Shown here in pieces: positions 45,074 through 54,100 of a stretch of 64,000 nt of DNA (position 1 is its first letter; every line of letters begins with the position of its first letter). A model generated the notes under the pieces. It was not told where the DNA came from. It was given only the letters and a program-made list of their open reading frames with translations, and ran no database searches. The stretch comes from a virus. The position numbers and the translations under genes are program-made. The stretch spans positions 1-64,000 of the IMG/VR virus record IMGVR_UViG_3300012001_000006, one strand, 5' to 3'.

Positions 45074-45481
45074 TTAATGTAAGAGGCGAACGACGGGCGG
45101 AACGACGACCGATGCGACGTAGGTAAGAACGCCCCCAACTACCGTCCAGACGATCTTCATGGTTTTTTGCGCACCCACCTCCTTACCGTTGCTTGCCGCC
45201 TGCTTCAGCTCCGTGGTGCGCAGCTTGGTGTCTATCAAATCAACCCGCCCCTGCAAGTGCGCGATTGACTCACCTGACACGTTTTGGGCGCGTTCGCGCT
45301 CTTCCAAGCGGTCGACCCTCTCACCGTAGTTACGAACGGTTGTGGCGGTATTCTGGTGTCTTTCTTCGAGAACCGCGAGACGAGTAATTGCCTCCGCGAT
45401 CAGTTTCATGCTGCCGCGCATCTCACGCATGTCTTCCTGCATTTGCCCCATTTGCTGTTCCAGGGAGTGACTGAGAGGCAT
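45074..45481 (-). CDS. coiled-coil protein with C-terminal TM segment (lysis accessory)
   Basis: Heptad-rich N-terminus and hydrophobic C-terminus; upstream of the endolysin. Confidence 0.6.
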   Translation of the reverse strand: MPLSHSLEQQMGQMQEDMREMRGSMKLIAEAITRLAVLEERHQNTATTVRNYGERVDRLEERERAQNVSGESIAHLQGRVDLIDTKLRTTELKQAASNGKEVGAQKTMKIVWTVVGGVLTYVASVVVPPVVRLLH

Positions 45482-45586
45482 TTTGATTCCTTCGAATTAA
45501 GGTAGTCCATGTCAATCCTTCGTCGCTCGCTTGCAAAGGGATAAGTGTGACTGGATTCTATCGCCTTTCAGCCATTTTGTAAATCA

Positions 45587-46114
45587 TTACTGACTTATTT
45601 CTTTGTCCGGCAAAATCTTACACAATTCGTGTCCAGCGTCCAGTACCGCCGCAACCACCGCGGCCGGCGTCGCTTTTGGGCCGAAGTCGAGACCGGACAG
45701 CCTGCGGGCGAGGATGAACAGTTCGGCGCATTCGAGCTTGCTACTGGCGCCAAGCGTCAGCAGGTTCAGTTGCGCCATCACGGCGTCGATCTTGGAGTAC
45801 TCGGCTACCCCGATCACGGACTTCAGGTAAGCCGTCTCGGCAGGGGAAAAGTCGGTCTTGAGTGGCGCCCAATAGCAGCCGTGCGCGCTCAGAACCGCCG
45901 ATAGCGGCACGCGGCGAACAACCGGCACAACCGACTCAATCACCCACACCACGCCATCCTGGTCGACTTGCGCCAGGGCGACGTGGCAGTATTCCGACTC
46001 GGTGCCGATGCGTACCGCTTGAACTTGCAGGTCGTACCAAGTAGACCAGTCGTAATGAGACCAGGCGAGCATGTCGCCTGTCTGGATCTTCCTCTTTGCT
46101 TCGGAGAAATTCAT
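45587..46114 (-). CDS. permuted papain-like NlpC/P60 protein (YiiX/YebB-like)
   Basis: IQTGDML..HVAL..VIES..Y..CAEL, with His before Cys (permuted order). Confidence 0.72.
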   Translation of the reverse strand: MNFSEAKRKIQTGDMLAWSHYDWSTWYDLQVQAVRIGTESEYCHVALAQVDQDGVVWVIESVVPVVRRVPLSAVLSAHGCYWAPLKTDFSPAETAYLKSVIGVAEYSKIDAVMAQLNLLTLGASSKLECAELFILARRLSGLDFGPKATPAAVVAAVLDAGHELCKILPDKEISQ

Positions 46115-46149
46115 CGCGTTCCTTGATTGACGTTGGCCGGCAGTGTCGT

Positions 46150-46662
46150 CTATTCGTACACCGTCAATTCGAACGGCACAGGCAGCGCGATATGCAATGG
46201 AAGATCACGGCTGTTGATACCCGCCTCGGTGACTTGGTAGTAGCCAGAGCGGTCGAATGTGATGCTGACATTCGCCACACCATTGACGAAGTTGACACCC
46301 TTGATACGCGACACGGCACCATTGCTTTCAATTGGCACCGCGAACGTCTGCGTGAGCGGTATGACCACCCCATGCCCGTCCTTCAGCGTGGCTGAAAAGT
46401 TGACAGGCGCGCCAATGGCAGCGGTAAGAGAAGGTGCGGTAATCTCCAGGTGCGTCTCGGCGGAGAGTTTGTCGTGTTCAGCTTGTGCGGCCGCAGCATC
46501 ACTGGCGGTTTGCGCGGCCGTGATCGCGGCAAGATAATTATCCTGCCAGGTCTGGGCAAGGGCTGCGGTAGTAAATGCCGAACCATCTGCCGGATCAATG
46601 TCCTGATACAGAAAGTGGTCCGGCAGACTTACGACGTAATTTCCATTTTTTTCGATAATCAT
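46150..46662 (-). CDS. tail fibre-associated protein with Ig-like C-terminus
   Basis: Follows the fibre gene; beta-rich C-terminus (FVNGVANVSITF..SGYY). Confidence 0.55.
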   Translation of the reverse strand: MIIEKNGNYVVSLPDHFLYQDIDPADGSAFTTAALAQTWQDNYLAAITAAQTASDAAAAQAEHDKLSAETHLEITAPSLTAAIGAPVNFSATLKDGHGVVIPLTQTFAVPIESNGAVSRIKGVNFVNGVANVSITFDRSGYYQVTEAGINSRDLPLHIALPVPFELTVYE

Positions 46663-46671
46663 TTTTATTCC

Positions 46672-48156
46672 TTAGAATGTGAGATTCAGGGTCAGGGATT
46701 TCTTAAACAGGCCGTAGTAGTCTGTACTTATTGTTCCAGTGGTAGTACCCGTACCCTGTGCGATCCAGAGATCCAAGACGCCAGCTACCATGCGTGCGCC
46801 TACTACTTGCCCCCATTGCGTTGACGCGGCTGTAGCTGAAATTCCCTGTGCGCTATTACCTGTTAAGTAAAGACTGCCGATGTATCTGCTAACTCCTGTC
46901 GTCTTGTTAAGGATCGCCATTGCAATCTTTCGCGACCCCGCGTCAGGTCGCCGTACAGTGGATGCTTGCCCATTTATCTGCATGGAGATGGTATGCAGCA
47001 TGTAGGTGCTGTCTAGCCGATGGAATTTATGACTGCCGTTACCCAATTGCTGAATATCGGAGTTTTGATTAAAACCATTACCTTGTGTGCATTCTGCAAG
47101 TAGATCCCAATTTATGTCACCGAGAGGTGCAATCTTCGTTCCACCCCCATTCGACATAGCAAATGGAGGCCAGTAACGCGTACCTGTTTGTTCGGGGGAA
47201 CTAGCACCATACCCAGCTACCGCAGGGAGAATGCCAAAGTTTGTCCAGTAACCTGGAGAGGCCAGTAACGCGTAATTACCAACATTGTCATTATTACGGC
47301 AATAATTAGAGCTATACATCCAACCATAGCTAGAGGGATATGGGTCAGCAGTAGTTGTTGCTGTGCCTCCTGAAAGAATGTACCAACTTGCCCCATAAGT
47401 ACGGTAGTAAATAACATCGTCCGAGCCGCGTGCAATCATCCCCTGATTAGTGTCCACAATTACTTGCGTCCATGCTGCCGTGCCGGTACGCTTCCAAAGA
47501 CCGTAGTAACCGGCACTTGCACAGTTTGCCCAGACGGTGCCGCTGGCATCTTCGGTAATATAGATAAAACATTTGGATTGAGAATCTACCGTACCGACCC
47601 CTGTTGTAAGGTCTACCGCCTGAACAGTGTATGGGTTGGCTTGCATGGCGATGAAGAGCAAGTTCTTCGAATCACTCCGCCAAGAACAGGAATATTGGGC
47701 GTATTGCGCCGCATACGCGTATGTTGAAACAGGCTCTGCGTTCGCTATATCACGGTGCAAACAGGTCATCGGAGTAGACGCAATGATCAAATCCCTCTTA
47801 TTCGAGAGATCAGACCGTTCAGACATCAGGATATTGGTGCTGGCAGTAAATCCGGCGGCAGTATTCGTCATAGCCGTGCTGGCCGCGTTGACCGCCGTAA
47901 CGGAATTAGTTTGCGCCGTCTGCAAAGCCGTGACCGCTGCCGCTTCCGACGCGGAATTCGCTGTCGTGGCGGCATTCAACGCCGTCACACTGTCACTCAT
48001 CATCCCTGCTGCAACCGCCTGGAAGTCCGTACCGGCCTGAAGCAGTTGCAGACCTTTCGTGTAGATTGCAATCTGCTCAGTGGTGGCCGTACCTGCCGTG
48101 ATTAAATCGGCCAGTGCGTTGATAAGTTGTGCGCTGAGTTGAACTGAAGTCGTCAT
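46672..48156 (-). CDS. putative receptor-binding / secondary tail fibre protein
   Basis: Helical N-terminus, then a Gly/Tyr/Trp-rich beta region with visibly lower GC. Confidence 0.6.
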   Translation of the reverse strand: MTTSVQLSAQLINALADLITAGTATTEQIAIYTKGLQLLQAGTDFQAVAAGMMSDSVTALNAATTANSASEAAAVTALQTAQTNSVTAVNAASTAMTNTAAGFTASTNILMSERSDLSNKRDLIIASTPMTCLHRDIANAEPVSTYAYAAQYAQYSCSWRSDSKNLLFIAMQANPYTVQAVDLTTGVGTVDSQSKCFIYITEDASGTVWANCASAGYYGLWKRTGTAAWTQVIVDTNQGMIARGSDDVIYYRTYGASWYILSGGTATTTADPYPSSYGWMYSSNYCRNNDNVGNYALLASPGYWTNFGILPAVAGYGASSPEQTGTRYWPPFAMSNGGGTKIAPLGDINWDLLAECTQGNGFNQNSDIQQLGNGSHKFHRLDSTYMLHTISMQINGQASTVRRPDAGSRKIAMAILNKTTGVSRYIGSLYLTGNSAQGISATAASTQWGQVVGARMVAGVLDLWIAQGTGTTTGTISTDYYGLFKKSLTLNLTF

Positions 48157-48157
48157 G

Positions 48158-50266
48158 TTAGTAGCCTCTTGTCATAATTAAAATATCCTTTATGTCGCCC
48201 ATATCCAGAAATCGATAGAGGGCGGCACTCTGTTCGCTTGCGAGTAATGAACTTGCGGTGACACTGTTTGCGGTGATGGCGGTAATTGCAGCCTGCGTTG
48301 CGGTCGATACCGGCTTGTTGAGGTCGCTGGTGTTGTCCACATTGTCGAGGCCCACATCGCCCTTTACCAGCACCACTACGCCACCCTTGCCGGCGACCGA
48401 ATCCACTGCACCGCTGGTGATGTAGATGTAGGCGGAACCCGACCAGCGGTAAGCCTTGTTGGTGTCCAGCGCCACGTAAATCTTGCCCGCCTCACCGATA
48501 GCCGGCATCGAGGCGAGGTTGGCGAATTCCAGTACGTCATCGACGTAACTTGGTAGGTAGGCCGCTGCGATCTTGCTGTCGGAACCGAGCGGCGCTACAC
48601 CGCTTGCGGCGCCCTTTTGTGCTGCGTCGAGCGGCGTGAATGTCAGCGCCGTCGTAACGTTTAATGCCGTCAGCTCGCTGCGAATCGTGGCCGAGGTTTT
48701 GTTCTCGACGTTGCCCAATCCAATCGCTGCCGCGGTGATGGTGGGCTTGTTTAGTATTTGCGCAACGCCTGTTGTTGCGTTCCAGTCGGCGTTAATTTGC
48801 CCCGACGCCGCCTGGGCCGCCGACGCTGCTGACGCTGCTGCGCTGGCTGCGGCCGCCTCTGCTTGAGTAGTTGAGACGCCAGCCTGGGTTGTCGCCGTGG
48901 TTGCGCTACTTACTGCCGCCGCTGCCTGTGTAGTTGCGGCAGTTGCGCTGTCGGATGCTGATGTTGCGCTGGTGGCGGCGCTGGCGGCGCTGGTTGAGGC
49001 GGCCAAAGCACTTGCTGACGCGTCTGCCGCTTTAGTCGTTGCTGTCGTCACGCTGGTTGCCGCCGCAGCAGCACTACCCGCTGCTGCCGCTGCACTGCTT
49101 GCCGAACCTGTAGCTGAAGCAGACGCCGCTGTGGCACTGGATGCGGCCGTCGCGACAGAGCTGGCGGCGCTGGCGGCACTTGCTGCGGCGTCAGTCGCCT
49201 GCGCCGTTGCGAGCGTTACCTGGGCGGCGCCGTTTGTTGTCGCCGCGGTAGCTTGAGTCGTTGCAGTCACGGCGGAGTCTGCGGCGGAAGTAGCGCTAAT
49301 TGAAGCTGCTGTGGCGCTTGCGGCCGATTCTGTGACGTGATCGCCAGCGGTGATTGCGGAAGCTGCTGATGCGGTTGCAGAAGCTGCGGAGTTGCCCGCC
49401 TGCGCGGTCGAGATACCCGCCTGCGCGGTCGAGATACCCGCCTGCGTGGTTGCTGTAGCAGCGCTGTCTGACGATGCTGTTGCGCTGGTGGCTGAAGCTG
49501 TCGCGCTTGTGGCGGCGCCGGATGCTGATCCTGCGGCTGCTGCGGCCGACAGGGCCGCGTTGACCGTTTCAATCTGAGCGTCAGCGTCGTAGTCGCCCCA
49601 TGCGGTGCCGCTATAGACGCGCAGCTTGTGTTCTGTGGTGTTGAAGTACTCGGTGCCGGCGGTCAGTGCGGCGCCGTTGCCGTCAAGTGCTGGATCGGTA
49701 GCGAACGAGCCTAAATACTTTTCGCGAAATGATGCGAGTTGCGCTGCCAGGGCTGATGCGGAGCTGGCGGCGGCGGTCGCTTGCGTGGTTGCGGTAATTG
49801 CACTGTCCGCGGCGGCAGTAGCGTTAGTCGCCACACCGGCAGCCGTCGAGACCACGACGGCGGTGTCGGCAACGACGGTGTTGTATTGGGCCGCAACGAC
49901 CGCAAAGCCAGACGGTGACGCTGCCGTCATCATCTCTTGCAATTTATACATTGTCGCCGTCCAGATCGCTGCCGTACCAACGTCGCCTTGAGCGATCGTT
50001 GGCAGCATGTCTGGGTAGGTGTAATCCGCAACGAAAACGCCAGGCGCGGAAGAATTTGTGTCGCCGACATAGTTGCCGGTCAGCGTGACGTGGGTGTTGG
50101 TGCCGTCGAATGTAGCATCAGCGGCGACGGTATAAGGCACAAGCAGTGAGTCCACCATGAAGATGGAGTTCCGCTTGATTCGCAAGGTCAAGTCGATGCC
50201 CGCAAGGACAACCGCCTGGCTACCGTTCGTTACGCTGCACGTCTGTTTAACTTGTGACATTTTCAT
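48158..50266 (-). CDS. tail fibre protein with Ala/Ser/Thr-rich stalk
   Basis: SVTNGS N-terminus, long A/S/T repeats, NADWNATTG..ILNKP, GLGNVEN and VGLDNVDNTSDLNKPVS fibre motifs. Confidence 0.82.
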   Translation of the reverse strand: MKMSQVKQTCSVTNGSQAVVLAGIDLTLRIKRNSIFMVDSLLVPYTVAADATFDGTNTHVTLTGNYVGDTNSSAPGVFVADYTYPDMLPTIAQGDVGTAAIWTATMYKLQEMMTAASPSGFAVVAAQYNTVVADTAVVVSTAAGVATNATAAADSAITATTQATAAASSASALAAQLASFREKYLGSFATDPALDGNGAALTAGTEYFNTTEHKLRVYSGTAWGDYDADAQIETVNAALSAAAAAGSASGAATSATASATSATASSDSAATATTQAGISTAQAGISTAQAGNSAASATASAASAITAGDHVTESAASATAASISATSAADSAVTATTQATAATTNGAAQVTLATAQATDAAASAASAASSVATAASSATAASASATGSASSAAAAAGSAAAAATSVTTATTKAADASASALAASTSAASAATSATSASDSATAATTQAAAAVSSATTATTQAGVSTTQAEAAAASAAASAASAAQAASGQINADWNATTGVAQILNKPTITAAAIGLGNVENKTSATIRSELTALNVTTALTFTPLDAAQKGAASGVAPLGSDSKIAAAYLPSYVDDVLEFANLASMPAIGEAGKIYVALDTNKAYRWSGSAYIYITSGAVDSVAGKGGVVVLVKGDVGLDNVDNTSDLNKPVSTATQAAITAITANSVTASSLLASEQSAALYRFLDMGDIKDILIMTRGY

Positions 50267-50296
50267 CCACCGATTCGACTTCTGGCGATTCTATCA

Positions 50297-50314
50297 TAAG
50301 TCATGACTGACTTA
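50297..50314. promoter_or_regulatory. perfect palindromic box
   Basis: TAAGTCA-TGAC-TGACTTA in the gap before the fibre gene. Confidence 0.8.
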
Positions 50315-50323
50315 TGCGAGAAA

Positions 50324-50734
50324 TTAAAAATTATTCAGCTTTGCAGTTACGGCGGCAACATGGGAGACGATCGTCGGCACCGTACTGATGCTCGTTAGAG
50401 TGTCCTTGCCGGCTATTCTGGCACCCTCAATGTTCGGCCCGATCACGTTATTCCAGGTGTCGCCGATGGTCTTAATCCGGTCGGCGGTATCTTTGGGCGA
50501 CATGCCGGTCTCTGTTGATTCAGCCCGAACCCACGGAAAGCCCGTCACGTCTTGCGGGTAGCCCGCCGTCACGTAGGCGCGCGCATCGTCGTACTTGGCC
50601 TTATAGGTGGCGTCCTGCCCCTGGACGGTCGTGATGTACCGCGCGCGGGCCTCGCCGGCGGCTGTATCGATCTTGTCGCGACCCCAGACGCGAGCCTCCT
50701 CGTCGGTCTTGAACGGGTGAATGTCAAATCGCAT
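50324..50734 (-). CDS. tail-associated protein
   Basis: IDTAAGEARARYIT...GQDATY..K..DA..Y pattern; tail context. Confidence 0.65.
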   Translation of the reverse strand: MRFDIHPFKTDEEARVWGRDKIDTAAGEARARYITTVQGQDATYKAKYDDARAYVTAGYPQDVTGFPWVRAESTETGMSPKDTADRIKTIGDTWNNVIGPNIEGARIAGKDTLTSISTVPTIVSHVAAVTAKLNNF

Positions 50735-51119
50735 GGATGGTTACTCGCTTGTCTTGATAGGGAAAGAGCGTCAGCAGCACCGTGTAGGTGCCGGCCAGCG
50801 CAAACGTCATCGTCACATCGACAGCCGCGTCGGTGACGCCAGACATCGCTGTCGGGCCAGTCACGTCGATCTTGGCGCCGACCGGTACGCCGCTAATCAC
50901 CAGCTCGTCGGTGGAGTCGGCCGTCACGGTCATCTTCGAGAACATAGCGGGGCTTTCCGGTCGCGCCACCTTCTCCCCGCCGACGATATACTCGGTTTGC
51001 GGGTTAGCCTCATCGCCCATCCAGAGGTTGTCGCCTTGTAGTTCAATCATCCCCTCCGGCACGCTCCCCATGAAAAGGATTCGGCCGGCAGCATCGTACT
51101 TCGCATACTTCACATTCAT
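50724..51119 (-). CDS. tail-associated protein
   Basis: ATGA-coupled to the tip protein; YDAAGRI N-terminus. Confidence 0.65.
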   Translation of the reverse strand: MNVKYAKYDAAGRILFMGSVPEGMIELQGDNLWMGDEANPQTEYIVGGEKVARPESPAMFSKMTVTADSTDELVISGVPVGAKIDVTGPTAMSGVTDAAVDVTMTFALAGTYTVLLTLFPYQDKRVTIHAI

Positions 51120-54100
51120 CGCATCACTCCAAGAAAAGTCACACCCCATGCCGCCAAGTCCCACGTACCGTCCGTCCAGTTATTGCCGACCCACATCGTA
51201 AAGGTATGAGTGCCGGCGCCAAGGAAGACTTTCGCGCTCGCGATGTGCGACTGCGTGACGCCACCGTATGCGGTGTCCGCCCAATCTAGGTAGGTGTTGC
51301 CATCTACCTTCACCATAAAGCGCGTGTTGCCGCCGGTGAACCCGCTGCCAGTCTGGCTGGCTTGCCAGTTGGCGACGGTCAGCACATTCACGGCGTCATT
51401 GAAGCTCAGCGTCAGCGATGCGATCTGCACCAGCGACCCCGCGACGAGACCGGACGCAGAATAGGCGCCGCTAACGTACGACGGCACAGTTACCGCGTTG
51501 CCTGCAATCTTTAAGGTGTTGATTTGCGCATCACCAATCTTGGCGGTGGCAATTGATGCGTCACCAATCAAGGCGGTGCTGATGATTACAGCCGGCGTGC
51601 CGCCGACCGCACCAATCGTGAACGGGTACACGTTTGGATAGCCTGGCATAACCACCGAGAAGCTGTCGGCCCGCACCATAAATTCAGAGACCGGCACGCC
51701 GTTGATGGTAGTGCTGGCGAGTCCATAGCCAGAGACGTAGCCGTTGTTGTCGATCTTGACGGTGTACTGCGCCGCCAACCCGTTGATTGATGTCGCCTGA
51801 ACGCCGATCGCCGTTGTGTGGTCTGCAACCGTGCTGGAGATGGTTGATATTGCCGCGGCACTCGCTGAGTCTGCGTTGGCACGTACCGTCGTTTCTGTAG
51901 CGATGGACGCCGTGTTGTCGTCAACCGTCGCCATCAACGCACTGATCGTTGTTGCGAGCGCTGAGTCCGCGGTCGTGCGTGCGGTCGTTTCCGTAACGAT
52001 TGCCGCCGTGTTGGTGTCAGTACTCGCTGCCACAGCGTCGATGCGCGCACTGAGGGCGCTGTCCGCGGTGGTGCGCGCGGTTATTTCGGTGGAGATAACC
52101 GCCGTGTTGTTGTTTGTCACTGCCGACACCGAACTCAGTGTCGAAGAAATGGCATCAGTTGTCGTGTTGACGGAGTTGGCAAGATTGGTGATGGCCGTAC
52201 CGCGCTCGGTCGCTTCGGCCAACACTCGCGCCGCCACGCTACCCAGCAGCCCGACAGGGCCGTCAACAAGGTTGATGCGATCCTGCAAGGTCGTGATAAG
52301 TTGTGAGTCCTTCAGTACGCCACCCGCAATCGCGTCCACATCCATATAGGGCGTCTTGAAGTGCGTCACGGCGGAAGGCAGCAACTCGGTCTTGCCGAAC
52401 GCGTCATAGGCGGCAATGCGGTAATAATAATCCGCATTGAACATCAGCTTCGACAGGGTGATCGCCTTGTCGGGGCCGTCAAATACCACGAATGTATCGC
52501 CGTAGGTGGCTATACCGGCGTCAGAAAGATCGTTGGCGTTTTGCGACAGCCAGATCGTCGCGCCGGCGAAGTCGGGGTCTTCTGAGTGGGCGTACGAAAT
52601 CGCAGCGGAGTTATAGGTCGCTGTGGAATCTGTGCCAAGCACTATCGGCGGCGGATTGTACGCATCGAGCGTGGTGATAGGCCCGAGATTGTTGGACTTA
52701 TCGCGCATCCTGATCTGAAACTGAAGGTGACGTTCGATGCCATCTTCGAAGTTGTGTTCGTACGAGTAGGTGTAGTTGCTGGCGGTCACGTACTCGGTTC
52801 TACGCAGCGTCACGCCCGCTTTGTCGAATATCTTGATCTCGTAATCTTTGAATTGCGGGTCAAGCGCACCGGCATCAGCGCCGACCGGCTCAGATCCGAA
52901 CTCGTACGAGTGCGTCAGCGAGTTGTAGCGCCAACTGATCTTGCAGTTCTTGCCAGACCAGATGAATTCAGCGCCGGTGACGCTGCCAACATTCACCTTT
53001 GGCAGTTCGCCAATGACTGTGTAGGTGATGGATGGCGATATGGCGAGCGCGCAGCGTTTGCCGAACGCGTCATAGGCGACGACCGTTACGGTCAGCACGT
53101 CGCCCTTGGCGGTGTCGATCGCGGTGTCGGTGCGATGCGGTACGGAGCCGATCTTGATTTGCGGGCCGTCATTCTTCTTCACATAGATGTCGGCGCCATC
53201 ATACATACCGGTTTGCGGCAGCGCCCAGGAGGCAACCGCTTTGCTAACGATATTGCTGCCGGAGACGTATGTCTCCTCGTACATGACCAGATCCATTACC
53301 GGCCCGATGATGGAATCTTCTGGGTGAATGACGGGCGGCGTGGTGGTGCCATACCGTCCGAAGTCATAGACCAGCGGGTCATACTGAAGCGCCGTAATGT
53401 CGCGACGATACTCGTGCGAGCCGATGATTGAAGTGACGCGGAAAGCCTGTTTCACCTTACCGACTTCGCCGAACATCCAGTTGCCGTACAGGGCGGCAGT
53501 CTGGATCATTGGCGTCTGAAGTGTGATGACGGAGGTATCGCCAGGTACGTTGACGACGTTGACCTCCTCGACAACATCAGTATCCCAAAGTGTGTAGGCT
53601 GCGCCAACCACCAAGCCGGCCGGATCGTCAACGATGACGCCGTAGCTTCCACCGCCCTGATCAAAGGTGGCCGACGCGCGCACGTCGATCGTGCCGACCT
53701 TGAGACGCTTGACCGTCTTCATGCCGTTGTAACCGGTGAGGAAGATCGAGTCACCTGCGATGTTGTAGATGGCGCCGGCCGCTTGCTGTTGTGTGTCATG
53801 CAGCGCCAGCAGCATGTACTGCTTGCCGGCCTCCATCGTGACTGGCCGGTCGAGCTGAACAACGGATGCGGTATTGTCGTCGTTAAACCGTCCCGCCTGC
53901 GCCCAATTCGGCATGTCGTGCTGAACGTAGATCAGACTACCTACCGTGCAGCTAATCGCTTCGAGCGGCGCGGAAAAGCTGACAGTTTTCAGAATATAGC
54001 GATTCAAGTTCATCATGAACTGCGCTTCCTTGAACGCTGTCTCCGCATTGTCCACGCCATACATCGTGATCGCCGAGTTGCGTGTTGGCGTGCCGTTCAC

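Noticed and set aside
46672-51600. Diversity-generating retroelement or invertible tail fibre cassette
   Set aside because: No reverse transcriptase, invertase, template/variable repeat pair or inverted fibre copy is visible in the window.
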